DNA of 63,696 nucleotides, filler included, from Asterionella formosa (Eukaryota), in NCBI GenBank assembly GCA_002256025.1. It is 16 parts of 16 records of this genome, joined end to end, with 100 filler letters (N's around TTAATTAATTAA, not from the genome) between each part and the next. Parts side by side here need not be neighbours in the genome. Positions count along the whole stretch, not along the records: positions 1 to 21,822 come from NKIB01002940.1; 15 more parts are not named here. One strand, given 5' to 3'. Position numbers and translations under genes: made by a program. The notes under the pieces are model-generated. The model was not told where the DNA came from and made no database searches. It saw nothing but the letters and a program-made list of their open reading frames with translations. Every line of letters starts with the position of its first letter. Position 1 is the stretch's first letter. Below are positions 1-11,997 of the stretch, in pieces.

Positions 1-16
1 GTCACTCAAGACTGCA

Positions 17-817
17 ATGTTATATGTTGAGGATGCAGATGCCCAGCTAGCAATTGCCCACATACACAACAATCATTTAAACAAAGTGCGTACATTCAAG
101 TCTATATTTGTCAAGGTGACTACAGCTACACTAGTATTAAACCTACCATCGGTGGTTTTTCAGTGCGAAATTTCGGAGCTTTCTACAAGGTATGTACATG
201 ATCGATTGAATGTCCCAAGGTCACACCCAAGCTCCTTCAGTCCTGCGCACATCTGTACCCTTGCTATGAGCTACGTACGGCCGCAGAATGCCAATGAACA
301 GCTCGAGTTATTTTTGAACGAGCTAGCTACCCCTCGTGCAGAAAAATTACGCAGCCTGATCAACATTGTGGTACATGCACGAGTTATGAAGAATGAAGAA
401 AATCGGATGTATTCTAATGCTATTGCTGCTACTACAAGTTATCAAGATTCAACAAAGGAAAATGGTTCTACTAACACAGTTTATGCAATTGGAATAACGG
501 ATGCTGCTACCATCCCCACAGCACCAAAGAAAAACCGGAAAAGTGGGTCCATAGAATTTGACGAGATTTTTGAGGTTGCAAAAACGAAAAATTCTCATGA
601 GAAGCTTGAGTTGATCTTGAATCTTGCAAGAAAAATGGAGCGTCTCCTCCACTCAGATGTCACTGAAAGGATGCGACTCTTTGATGTAAAATTCATCAAG
701 CCGATCATCGCATGCTTCCTGAATCATTGCGACAGCAACAAAGACACTTTCCACAGTCTCCATCCCCAGTTCCTCCACTCAAAATTCTCCAAAGGTTGCG
801 GATGTAGCAAAGGTTGA
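17..817 (+). CDS. hypothetical protein (possibly 5'-partial)
   Basis: 266-aa ORF at the window edge; no recognisable motif. Confidence 0.35.
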   Translation: MLYVEDADAQLAIAHIHNNHLNKVRTFKSIFVKVTTATLVLNLPSVVFQCEISELSTRYVHDRLNVPRSHPSSFSPAHICTLAMSYVRPQNANEQLELFLNELATPRAEKLRSLINIVVHARVMKNEENRMYSNAIAATTSYQDSTKENGSTNTVYAIGITDAATIPTAPKKNRKSGSIEFDEIFEVAKTKNSHEKLELILNLARKMERLLHSDVTERMRLFDVKFIKPIIACFLNHCDSNKDTFHSLHPQFLHSKFSKGCGCSKG

Positions 818-1057
818 TTGTAGAGTAAATTGGTTAGTAAAACAAAAGAAATTGCATGTTAGCGATAGCAAGAACCAGTGACCGCTTTCAATCATCACAT
901 TTGGTGAGTTTGCTGTTTATTTGCATTTCTGTGAGGTGATGTGCAAGATGCAACGTTGGAGATGAATATTGAAAAGGTGCACATGCGCAACAATAATATT
1001 TCAAAATGACTTCGTGACGTCATGTCGCCGCTGCACCACATTGCACCACCATAGACC

Positions 1058-1139
1058 TACTGGTACCTGTACCTGGTACCGGTACCAGTGCCTAGTACTG
1101 GTACTGGTACCGGTAATCTGGGACTCCGGTACCAGGTAC
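1058..1139. repeat. TA-delimited CCGG/CCWGG/CTGG mixed micro-array
   Basis: Reads TA CTGG TA CCTG TA CCTGG TA CCGG TA ... TA CTGG TA CTGG TA CCGG TA. Confidence 0.85.
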
Positions 1140-1876
1140 TGATTTACATTCCGGTATATACCTTTGTGCTTGGAGTGTGATATTGAAACTAAATGCAGCA
1201 AGGAGGATTCAATTTAAACGAGCCATGAGCATAAGAAAATTAATGTTCGGATACTCCTGTTTTATATACTTTTTTTGGCGCCTAGTAAAATTATGTCTGC
1301 ATACAGCAACGAAGATAAAGTATTAACGTTTAAATATCATTTTTGTTTTTTCAAAATGGAACTCTATCAATCTGGCGCCGATTCCTATTTATTTTAAATA
1401 TTGCTTCAAATCGACACTCGAATCATGGGAATTCACATGGTAGAAAACTCCTTGCTCCCTGCCGTTTCTACAACCCTAGCGACGTTTTCTCCAAACTAGG
1501 GTTAAGCCGGGCCCCACCCTTAAGTACAAAGCAAGGCACTTATTGAGAGGCTCCAATAAAATTTCGGTGAAACTTGAAGAAGTTTTACCTCTAAGAAAAA
1601 CAGGCTTAAAAAGCCCGGAGAATACGAACGTTGTATGTGCGAGGACCATATGAAGAAAATGGCCCACACGATCGAAAACAAAATCCAGTCGGGTTACGGT
1701 AATAAAACTAAAATAAGCGATGTTACTATTATATTTTTACATCATAGTTAAATAGAGACCAACAGCCTGTTGTTCAATTTTGAGCCAGGCATGTGGCCAT
1801 ATCATACACAATTAATGGTTGCATTGCTTGTGTTGACTGACATTCGAGTCGTCATTTTGACAACAATCCTCTTATC

Positions 1877-3229
1877 ATGAATTGGTCGACGATATGCAGA
1901 ATACAGCTTCTGGTCGGCGCAATTTCCTCCACACAGAATCGTCAGACAGCAGCGGCCACTCTGAACGACGACAAAGGGGCTCAACGTGGCCTTAATCGAG
2001 GAATGGCGCCGTGGATTATGCCAGACTCGCCTTCTGATAGGAAATTACAGAACATCTTCAAAGTCATCGCGCCTCCCCCTAAGCTGGCACCTTCGACTGC
2101 CCCGTCATCAACTTCTGCGCCACAACTTGCAACGACAGTTTTGCCTTCATCAGAACCAACGGCCACCCCGGTTTGGATCCCATCCCAACATCCCAGCGTT
2201 TCCCCCACTCTCGTTTCCATCGTAAAATCATCCATCTCTCCATCAGTCGTTTCCTCTGAATCTCCATCGACATCGAGACCTAGCGGTTCGTCCTCGGTTC
2301 CGTCCTCGGTTCCGTCCCAGAGTCCATCCAAAATATACATTGATTTGCAGTTTTCGCTCTACTCGCCCCACATCAACATTCGTGCCGTGGATGTGTTGAT
2401 AGGAAAAGTGCCGTTATTGCTACAAGCCTTGAAAGTGGCTATTGCTTACATTTTATGCATAGAGACTGATTTTCAACTAGTCGACGATACCATGGAAGAT
2501 ATTTGCAACAATCGCACACGGCGACAAGAAAGTGGTAGCGTGCTTCGCAATGACTTGTTGAATTTCTCGGTCAAGGACATTGACACGCCAGCACTGAACT
2601 ATACTCTTTGGACTATTCAATATCCTGTCATGTCGGTGGGTCAAGTATACATTGAAACTGCGATGATCAATTCAGGAAGTAGACCCTTGGTCGAGGATGA
2701 ATTACTTACGGAGAGCGTTCTTGTCATGGAACGAGTGGGACAACTTGCCCTGATGGTTGGAATTTCTTCGGGTCAGATGGATTCCATGTTGCCAAATGGA
2801 ACACTTACCAGCGTGGTAAAAATGGAGGAGGAGACGTTTTTGACAGATACACAAGTAGAGAGTACTCAGGCACTTAATCCACCAGCAATGAATGCACTCC
2901 GTGTGGCTGGGATTGTCATATTTGTCTCAATGTTTGTTCTCTCGACGGTTTTAGTCCGACTCGCCAGACGACGAAAGAAAGAACGCGAATGGGACGACCA
3001 CTTCAAGGAGCTTGCCAATGGCGGACTAGTGACCGAAGAAGGGTTGAACTATATTTTGGACATTGGTAGGGGATCTCAGTCGATGCATGTCACCAATAAT
3101 TTGGAAGAACCTGAAAATCCTGACGATGACCTTCGAAATATTCCATTGCCGGAAGTATACATGAATGTCGCAGATAGTCAAAGATCACCACAAAGTGTCA
3201 AGGTGGAACATCTGAGGAAAGTGGCATGA
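1877..3229 (+). CDS. single-pass membrane protein with Ser/Pro-rich (PSxxPS) extracellular linker
   Basis: 450-aa ORF with PS/SS-rich low-complexity tract and hydrophobic helix VAGIVIFVSMFVLSTVLV followed by the basic stop-transfer RRRKK. Confidence 0.75.
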   Translation: MNWSTICRIQLLVGAISSTQNRQTAAATLNDDKGAQRGLNRGMAPWIMPDSPSDRKLQNIFKVIAPPPKLAPSTAPSSTSAPQLATTVLPSSEPTATPVWIPSQHPSVSPTLVSIVKSSISPSVVSSESPSTSRPSGSSSVPSSVPSQSPSKIYIDLQFSLYSPHINIRAVDVLIGKVPLLLQALKVAIAYILCIETDFQLVDDTMEDICNNRTRRQESGSVLRNDLLNFSVKDIDTPALNYTLWTIQYPVMSVGQVYIETAMINSGSRPLVEDELLTESVLVMERVGQLALMVGISSGQMDSMLPNGTLTSVVKMEEETFLTDTQVESTQALNPPAMNALRVAGIVIFVSMFVLSTVLVRLARRRKKEREWDDHFKELANGGLVTEEGLNYILDIGRGSQSMHVTNNLEEPENPDDDLRNIPLPEVYMNVADSQRSPQSVKVEHLRKVA

Positions 3230-3798
3230 GTAATTTTCTAAATACCGGTACATTCTTTCTCAAGCGATACGAGGAGTCTTGGAAAACATGAGATTGGCGA
3301 AACTTAAGTGCAAGTCTGGTTGTCCTCGAAAACTGATCACTCCTATACCGGTACCTGGTACCAGGTACCTCCACTCCACCATAGCCTCTCCTTCGAATGT
3401 GCAGAAGTGTAGCTAAGACAGGGATATTTTCACACAAAGTTATTATTAGGTAGCCTATATTCGCTACCTCTCAATTCGCATTTAGTCTATTTTATGAAGT
3501 TTTAATACTAGAATACCGGTAGACAACCAGGTTACCATGTGCACTGTTGATCGATGATTAGAGCAACGATAGCAGGCAAATAATATAGCGGTAGGTCTAT
3601 GTAATAGGTACGATTTGCTAAGCTGGAAGTCCACAACAAAACAATCAGGTAATGATTCCACTTGATTCTCAGCCAGTGCGTTTGAGATTCGACCTATTAC
3701 TAAAATTCTAAAACATAAAAAATCTGAGACTCCATTTCCACGTCAGCACCTCATTTTACATATCATGTACCAGTACATTCTAGCTCATTAACCAGTTA

Positions 3799-3806
3799 TG
3801 ACGTCA
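3799..3806. promoter_or_regulatory. TGACGTCA bZIP (CRE/aureochrome-type) element upstream of CPS
   Basis: Perfect palindrome; a second copy lies at 4248-4255 in CPS intron 1 and ACGTCA half-sites are nearby. Confidence 0.35.
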
Positions 3807-4057
3807 TAAGCATCTCAAAAGGACGTCACCGAGAGATACCCCCATCTGTTTTACGCATGTAGTATGTAGCGTACATATGATGGATGCACAAATATGAAAA
3901 TAAAGACACAATCATACCGTACCGTAGTAGATTTTCCAGGTTGCCATTGATGGCCATACCATTCCTGTTCATCTTCGCCATTGCTACCGTTCTGCTCCCC
4001 TTCTCCTCGAGTCCTGTTCACGCATTTTCTTTTTCATCCATTCGAAAGCAACCCAAA

Positions 4058-7000
4058 ATGGCGAATTCAGAAGATGCAGGCATCTTCGATGCTTTGGAGT
4101 CCATGGTGAGAGCGAAAATAAAATCCGATGATGTTCTTGATTTTGTCAATTCATTCGGTGGATACCAACAGTTACGGCACGTTAGATTCCTCGTTGTTCA
4201 ACCATTCAGTACAAATTATACGTAGTCTTGGAATCTGGCAGCACCCGTGACGTCATCACACTCACGATTTGGCGCGCCAACATCAAGATTTTATGATGTA
4301 TTTGTTTGTAAACACCTGGTTCTGCCGACGGTGACATTCTCTAACCCAACCCCTCCCCCACTCCATGAGCATAGGGCGACCCAGCGTGTCTCTACCTTGC
4401 CGATGGGTCCTTCCCGCTGGAAGGCCGGTCATTTGGAGCCCCCATCTCCATGAGCGGTGAAGTCGTCTTCAACACTGGAATGGTCGGATACCCAGAAGCG
4501 CTCACGGATCCATCGTATCGTGGTCAGATTCTTGTGTTGACCTATCCACTCATTGGAAACTATGGCGTCCCCGATGACGGTGTCAAGGATGAACATGGCC
4601 TCCCTCTTTACTTTGAGTCTTCAGATATTCATATTACCGGATTAATTGTGTCTTCCTACAGCTGGGAACACTCCCACTGGACTGCACAGAAGTCACTTTC
4701 GGAATGGTTGACTGACAAGGGCATCCCTGCCATGTATGGGATCGACACACGAGCCCTCACGAAGAAATTGAGAGAACATGGTTCGCTTCTTGGTCGTCTC
4801 GAAGTGGTGAGTTGTTGAAAGTATTCTGTGGAGCAACAATTCCCTAAATCAAATTGCTGATTTCACCGCCTCCTCCGTATGAGCAGAACCCTACCCACAG
4901 GAACCCCATGCCTATAGAAGATTTCCCGGACCCAAATAAGCGCAATCTTGTCCAAGAAGTGTCAGTCAAGGATGTCGTCGTATACGGAAAGGGGAATTCC
5001 CCGACGATCCTGGCTTACGACTGTGGGATGAAGTACAATATCATTCGTTACCTCGTTGAAGCACACAAGGTCGAACTTCACGTAGTTCCTTTTGACTATA
5101 ATCTGGAGAAGAACCCTGCAAAGATTGAGTGGCAAGGTCTCTTCCTGTCCAATGGTCCTGGTGACCCTGCCATGTGTGTTCAAACTATTTCTTCCATTCA
5201 ATACGCTCTCGCACTGGAACCAGCTCGTCCTATTTTTGGAATTTGCCTGGGCAACCAGCTATTAGCCCTGGCTGCAGGGGCCAAAACTTATAAAATGAAG
5301 TACGGGAACCGTGGGATGAACCAACCTTGCATTGACTTGCGCACAAGTCGTTGTTATATTACTCCCCAGAATCATGGATTTGCCGTGGATGCCAACTCGC
5401 TTCCTTCTGGTTGGGCGCCTCTATTTTTGAATGCCAACGACTTTACCAATGAAGGCATTGTCCACACGAATAAGCCATTCTTTAGTGTGCAATTTCATCC
5501 GGAAGCGAGTGGTGGTCCGCTGGATACTGCATTCTTGTTTGACAAGTTCGTTGGTCATGTTCGTGAGATTCCACAACCACTTGTCTTGCAAGATGGTTTG
5601 CACTACAATCGTAAAGTTTACAAAAAGGTTCTGCTCGTTGGATCTGGTGGTCTCAGCATTGGACAAGCAGGTGAATTTGACTACTCAGGATCACAGTGCA
5701 TCAAGGCTTTGAAGGAAGAAGGTATTGAAGTTATCTTGATTAACCCCAACATTGCAACCGTCCAAACATCGCAAGAAAAGGGCGAACCCAGTCGCCAAGC
5801 TGACCGTGTCTACTTTTCGCCAATTCGACCTTCTGTAGTCATGGATATTATCCATAAGGAGAAGCCAGATGGTATTATTGTGTCTATGGGGGGACAAACT
5901 GCATTGAATGTCGGTATCGAATTGTGGAATTCGGGACAGCTGCAAGCTGCAGGGGTAGAAGTTTTGGGCACACAGATTCCAGTTATTGAGGCCACTGAAG
6001 ATCGCGAGATTTTCAGTGCCAAACTCAAGGAGATTGACGAGACCATTGCCCTTTCATTTTCAGCCACAACTGTTGACGATGCCATTAAGGTGGCCAATAA
6101 GATTGGCTACCCTGTCTTGGTCCGGGCTGCCTTCGCTCTTGGAGGACTTGGATCTGGTTTTGCCGAAAATGATGCGGAGATGACGGATCTTGCCAGGAAG
6201 GCATTTGCAAGTAGTACTCAGATTCTTGTTGATCAGGATCTTCGTGGATGGAAAGAGTTGGAGTATGAAGTCGTTCGAGACTCGTCGGACAACTGCATAA
6301 CTGTCTGTAACATGGAGAATTTTGATCCCCTTGGAATCCACACTGGAGACTCTATTGTCGTGGCCCCATCCCAGACATTGTCAAACCGTGAGTACTTCAT
6401 GCTCCGACGTACAGCACTGAAGGTGGTTAGACATCTTGGTATTGTTGGCGAGTGTAATATTCAGTATGCTTTGAATCCAGAGAGCGAGAAATATTGCATC
6501 ATTGAAGTCAATGCGCGTCTCTCTCGTTCTTCTGCCCTTGCCTCAAAAGCTACCGGATACCCCCTCGCATATGTTGCAACCAAGCTTTCACTTGGAAAAG
6601 ATTTGGTTTCCATCCGGAACTCAGTAACCAAGAACACAACTGCTTGCTTCGAGCCCAGTTTGGATTATTGTGTCGTCAAGATGCCTCGCTGGGATCTCAA
6701 GAAGTTCCAGCGCGTGAGCAATAAGCTCGGATCATCCATGTTGAGTGTCGGTGAAGTCATGGCGATTGGACGTACGTTCGAGGAAACAATTCAGAAAGCA
6801 TGCCGCATGGTAAACCCAGCACTTGCTGGCCTCGATGGTGAGGATTCTGGTCTCATGGACGACGAAGCGATGGAGGTGTGTTTGAGGACTCCTACCGACA
6901 CTCGTCTCTTTGCAGTTCAAACTGCCTTGGAGCGAGGCTGGACAATTGACCAAGTTCATTCCCTAACCAAGATTGACAAGTGGTTTTTAACCAAATTGAA

Positions 7001-9038
7001 GAATATTGCGGAGATGCGACGAGCAGTAAAGCTCGGAGGAAGCATCGATGCATTAGTTCGAGTCAATGGGCAAGATCGAATGCGAAATCTGAAGATGGCT
7101 GGATTCAGCGATAGGCAAATTGCTAGGTATTGCGGTCTTTCCGCTGATATACACGGAGAGTCCCGTGTTCGCGAGATCCGTAAGGATTTGGGAGTTATTC
7201 CCGTCGTAAAGCAAATTGATACACTAGCTGCCGAGTTCCCAGCACAAACTAACTATTTGTACATGACTTACGCTGGTGATGAAGATGATCTTGATGTCGC
7301 CGCAAGTTCCGGTCCACTGACCCCTTCGTATCGGTTGTCTCAGACCACCATGGATTCTCCAGGAGATTTCCATCGCCGTGCCCGAGCTTACTCCACCGCC
7401 AAAGCAGCCGAGTCACTCAGTGTTGCCAAGAAACAGGGTGTTCTAGTTCTTGGTTGCGGTGCATACTGCATTGGATCCAGTGTTGAGTTTGATTGGTGTG
7501 CCGTCTCTTGTGTACGTCAACTTCGCCGTGATGGTTTCAAAAGTATCATTGTGAACTACAACCCCGAAACTGTTAGTACGGACTATGACGAGAGTGACCA
7601 GCTTTACTTTGAAGAATTGAGTCTCGAGCGCATCTTGGATATCTACGAACGCGAGGGTCCTGCTGGTGTCATCGTATCCGTTGGCGGTCAAATTCCAAAC
7701 AATTTGGCTGGACCTCTCGCCGAATGCGGTGTCAACATTTTGGGAACCTCTGCTCGAGATATTAACCGTGCTGAGGATCGTCAAATGTTTTCTGCCATGT
7801 TGGATACCATGGGACTCAAACAACCTGCGTGGTCAGTCCTCACGTCAAAGGACGAAGCCATTGAATTTGCTAACAAAGTCGGTTTTCCTGTGTTGGTTCG
7901 TCCTAGTTTTGTGTTGTCTGGAGCCTGTATGCGCGTTGCCGCCGACGAATTTCAGCTTCGGAACTTTTTGGGACTTGCTGCTGATGTAGCTGCCGACAAA
8001 CCTGTCGTTGTTACCAAGTTCATTCTAAATGCGAAGGAAATTGAGTTCGATGCCGTTGCTAACAAAGGTGTTATTTTGAACTATGCAATTGGTGAGCATT
8101 TGGAGAATGCTGGCGTCCATAGTGGTGACGCAACCGTCATTCTTCCGGCGCAAAAACTGTACGTCAACACCATTCGCCAAGTGAAGCGATATGCTAGTAG
8201 TATTGCGAAGGCACTTCGCATTACAGGCCCGTTCAACATTCAGTTCATGGCACTGGACAATGATGTTCAGGTGATTGAATGCAATCTGCGCGCCAGTCGC
8301 ACTTTTCCCTTCGTCAGCAAGACACTGAACCACAATTTTATTTCTTTAGCTACCAAGGCAATGACTGGCATTGATCCAGTCCCCTTCCGTATTTCCTTGT
8401 TGGACATTGATTACGTGTGTGTCAAGGCTCCCATGTTTTCTTTTACTCGCCTTCGGGGAGCTGATCCTACTCTGGGTGTTGAAATGTCTTCGACAGGTGA
8501 AGTCGCCTGCTTTGGCGAAGATGCACACGAGGCATTCCTTCAGGCTTTGTTGGCTACGGGCTTCAAGCTACCCGTTCGCAACAAGACAATCTTGATGTCT
8601 ATTGCATCTGATGAATTCAGGTATGAATTTGCTGCGGCTGCCCGGATTCTCGACAAGTTGGGTTATATTTTGTACGGAACCCCTGGTACAGCTAAGTATT
8701 ACGAGGAGCACTACAACATCACTCTCAAGGTCGTCACCAAGCCAGAATCTGAAGAAGACGATGGCCCGGGCACTGCTTTGGAAGCGATCAAGAATCGATT
8801 GATCGACATGGTCATCAATATTTCTGAAGGCACAAATCTCCGGGATGAAATCACGGGTGGATACATCATTCGTCGTGCAGCTGTTGACTTCGATGTGTCG
8901 TTGATTACCAATGTCAAGTGCGCCATTCAAGTGGCCGAATGTCTGGATCGGGGCGCCGAGAAATTCCTTCCTCGTCACATCGGAGAGTTCTACAAGCTGC
9001 CCACGATCGGTTGGCAGCATGACTTGAAGGCGATTTGA
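4058..9038 (+). CDS. CPS: glutamine-dependent carbamoyl-phosphate synthetase, fused small+large subunit; exons 4058-4105, 4375-4806, 4887-9038 (possible upstream in-frame start at 3950)
   Basis: [21 protein letters not shown]; GATase SNGPGDP, GICLGNQ (catalytic Cys) and QFHPE; large-subunit [39 protein letters not shown]-terminal MGS-like domain. Both introns are GT-AG and phase 0. No DHOase/ATCase fusion. Confidence 0.96.
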
Positions 9039-10256
9039 TGGGAATCATAAGATGTAGGAAAGATTAATGCATGTTCAGACGATATTAAGACTATGATAGA
9101 TATGCAGCCTTTGAAGATTTGAAGTATTCATAAAAGTAAAATGTAAAAAATCCATTTCAACCGGAATTTTAAATTTAACTCTACAGTCATAGTTGAGCTC
9201 TCCCAGGTATGTCATCCGCACCTTCCGCGGCAAAATTCGTTCCACTCATCATCACGAAAGTGGCTTTTACAGATTCGACATGTCCCGCAGGCAACATAGA
9301 ATCGAGTGTGACATTAGTGTTCAACGCGCCTGTTGGATCCGTTTCCATTGCCATTCTCACTACTTTTCGTTTCCCCAACCTGTAAATCGCTGCAACAATG
9401 AGCATGTTGCAAACCATCATGATAATCCCAGCAACACGAAGGGGATGAAAAGAGGTGGGCTCGAAAGGATCGTTTTGTTAATCATCGTTTCCTCCTCCTC
9501 CTGTAATATTTATGTTCCCCTTTTCAATATTGTTGGCGTTTTGTTGTGATGAATTTCGCAAACTATGAACTTTTGCAAGCGAAATGTGGATCGGTAATAC
9601 TTGTCCTGTGCACAATTTTGACGACGAGTAACAAAAGTAGAGGGAGATCCAAACGAAAGAAAGAAATTGTGTTGCTTTTTTTTCGAAAGGTGGATACCGG
9701 TATGTTTAAAAGGCGCACGTAGTGCTCTTGACATGATAATACGGTATATATATAATAAAAATGGGAGCAGGGGCGTACCTGGTGGTACCGGTACCTCCAT
9801 GATAGTTGGCAGTTCACAACATACATACAAGGAGTATGAATGGATAAAAGATATACACCAAGGTACCAGGTACCAGAACAAGTTGCGGTAATATTGCTGA
9901 AGCCAAAGATTTAGCTATTTTTATCCAAAATTAAAATGTTAGTGCAAACAAATTGAACGCAACTTGCACAGGTACCGGTACCCTGGATACTAGAGGAGTA
10001 CTGTATGGGTGTGATCAATAATTCCTGATACGTGTTGGCCGAAGGCGACAAACGTTTGTAGCATGGGAGGGTCTCGGCTATTTTAGTTTTTGACCACGAA
10101 GCAATGTGTTTGGATAAAATAGAAAACAACGTAAATTACTATTTCATCTCTATAATTACTTTCACTTTCTACATCAATCCAGTCTCTATATACTAACCTT
10201 ATACCACAATTCACTTCACTCGCAAACCCACATGAATGCCACGAAATCGCATTTGA

Positions 10257-11484
10257 TCAAACTCCTTCAAAACTCTGAAGAGTCCCAAGAGGCGATGCTG
10301 CCACTTGTTTGGCCCAGTTGGATAATAACGTCACTAGCTGTCCCTGCTCCGCCTCGGGAGCTGAGAACAGAATACTATCCTTGAGGCACGAGTGCATCTC
10401 ATGCAGTTTGGTTTGAAATACTTGGACATTACAATCGTCTTCGGCAAAGGGATTTGAACAAAATTGATCCAATTCTGAAAAGGCTTGATCGAAATCAATG
10501 CCAAAAGGATCAAGAAATTGTTCCTCATTCGGGAGCTGAGGTTGGCGATCTGGAGATGCCGTTACTTCATCGAGGTCCATACCAAAAGGATCTAACAAGG
10601 GGTCGTCTGAGAAGGGCATCATCAATTGCCGATTAAGGCGCATGGAGGGTTCCATACCTGGGATTGGGTGAAAGTTTCGGTTAAAGATATCTGGACTCAT
10701 TTCTACATGTGGTGGGAATAGCGTAGGTGGAACAGTATTCATAACCATTCCATGGCTGAATGCTCGGGTATGCTTGCTACGGCGAGCGGATGTTTTTTTC
10801 ATTCCCCGTCGGGCTGACACGGGCGATTCCTTACTGTGACCCTTATTAATGGCACGCTTGGCGGAAAAGTATACATGAAGCAATCGATATTCAAGATCTT
10901 CCTTCCCATCTGTTCCATACTAAAAATTTTCCAAGGAAGTGCGACGTGGACGTGAGCAATACAACGATTAAATTCCGAGATTTCCACAGACTAACTCACC
11001 ATGGTCCAAAGCGCTCCTCCTTTTTGACTACTATAATCTGGGTCTCCCTTTGGGTAACAATATCTCTGCTGAATGGCAGTAGGATGGGGAAACTGAGGTC
11101 CACTGAGCGACCAAGGGCAAGTTGCGGGGAGAATGTCCTGCATAACCATGTGCATTAGCGACGATGGGACCATTGGCTGGTCTGCGGCTTGATAAGATTT
11201 CTTCTTCTTTTGTGGCTTCAGAAGAATAAAAAGTCCATCTGTTATAATGTATTGTATCAGTTACAGTAAACTTATCTTGTCACAAACACAAATGCAAACA
11301 CACACACACATCATCATCATCATGACCCACCTTCAAATTGGTGCGATGGTGGCGACAACTTCAAGCCGTCCGGTCCAACAGGAACAATTTGAAATTCCAA
11401 ATGAACAGGAGGAGGATTATTATTGTGTACGGCTTCAAAGATCGCTCGCACATCTAGATCAGAGAGACGACGTATGGTTGCCAT
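10257..11484 (-). CDS. hypothetical protein, 351 aa, 3 exons (11484-11331, 11238-11000, 10919-10257)
   Basis: GT-AG introns 11330-11239 and 10999-10920 join the frames into MATIRRLSDLDVRAIFEAVH...DGLFILLKP...QRYCYPKGDPDYSSQKGGALWTMYGTDGKEDLEYRLLHVYFSAKRA followed by a basic, then acidic, tail. Confidence 0.8.
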
Positions 11485-11997
11485 GGTTGTCAATATCTAT
11501 TTGTAGTTTCTCCAGGCTGGGAAAATAGAAAAGTGGAGGAGAATTATGATGCTTCCACAGATGGTTGCAATGCAAGACTAATTCGATTTCCTCACGATGA
11601 GGTAACATCATCGTGGAATAGATCCGTTGCTATCCAATGCAAGAAAAGTTCAGGATTTCGAAAATCGAATTCATTCATGAAGGATACCTTGTTCAAAAAA
11701 TCGGGATGTATTATGACGCCTCCAGTAGGATTTGTGTAGAAAATAGTTTGTGATCTGATCATTTCTGTCCTAGTACATCGCTCATTTTTGCTCTCGTAAA
11801 CAAGAGCTTCCTCGTTGAATAGTAAAAGATAAACAAATCTATGCCGCCCACATGGTCAGACTGACCATCGAATGTTTCGGAAACCATGGTGTGTATAATG
11901 GCGCTCGTTTGGTTGGGTTTCCCATCGTCATGTTCAGATGTTGTTCTGTGGCTTCTTGCTACTTCACAAAATGACAAGAAAGATTTGGTAAGCAGAC

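Noticed and set aside
4962..9020. Numerous antisense or alternate-frame ORFs over CPS (likewise over POLA1, SEC6 and the Copia elements)
   Set aside because: Shadows of codon bias in long genes; no motifs.
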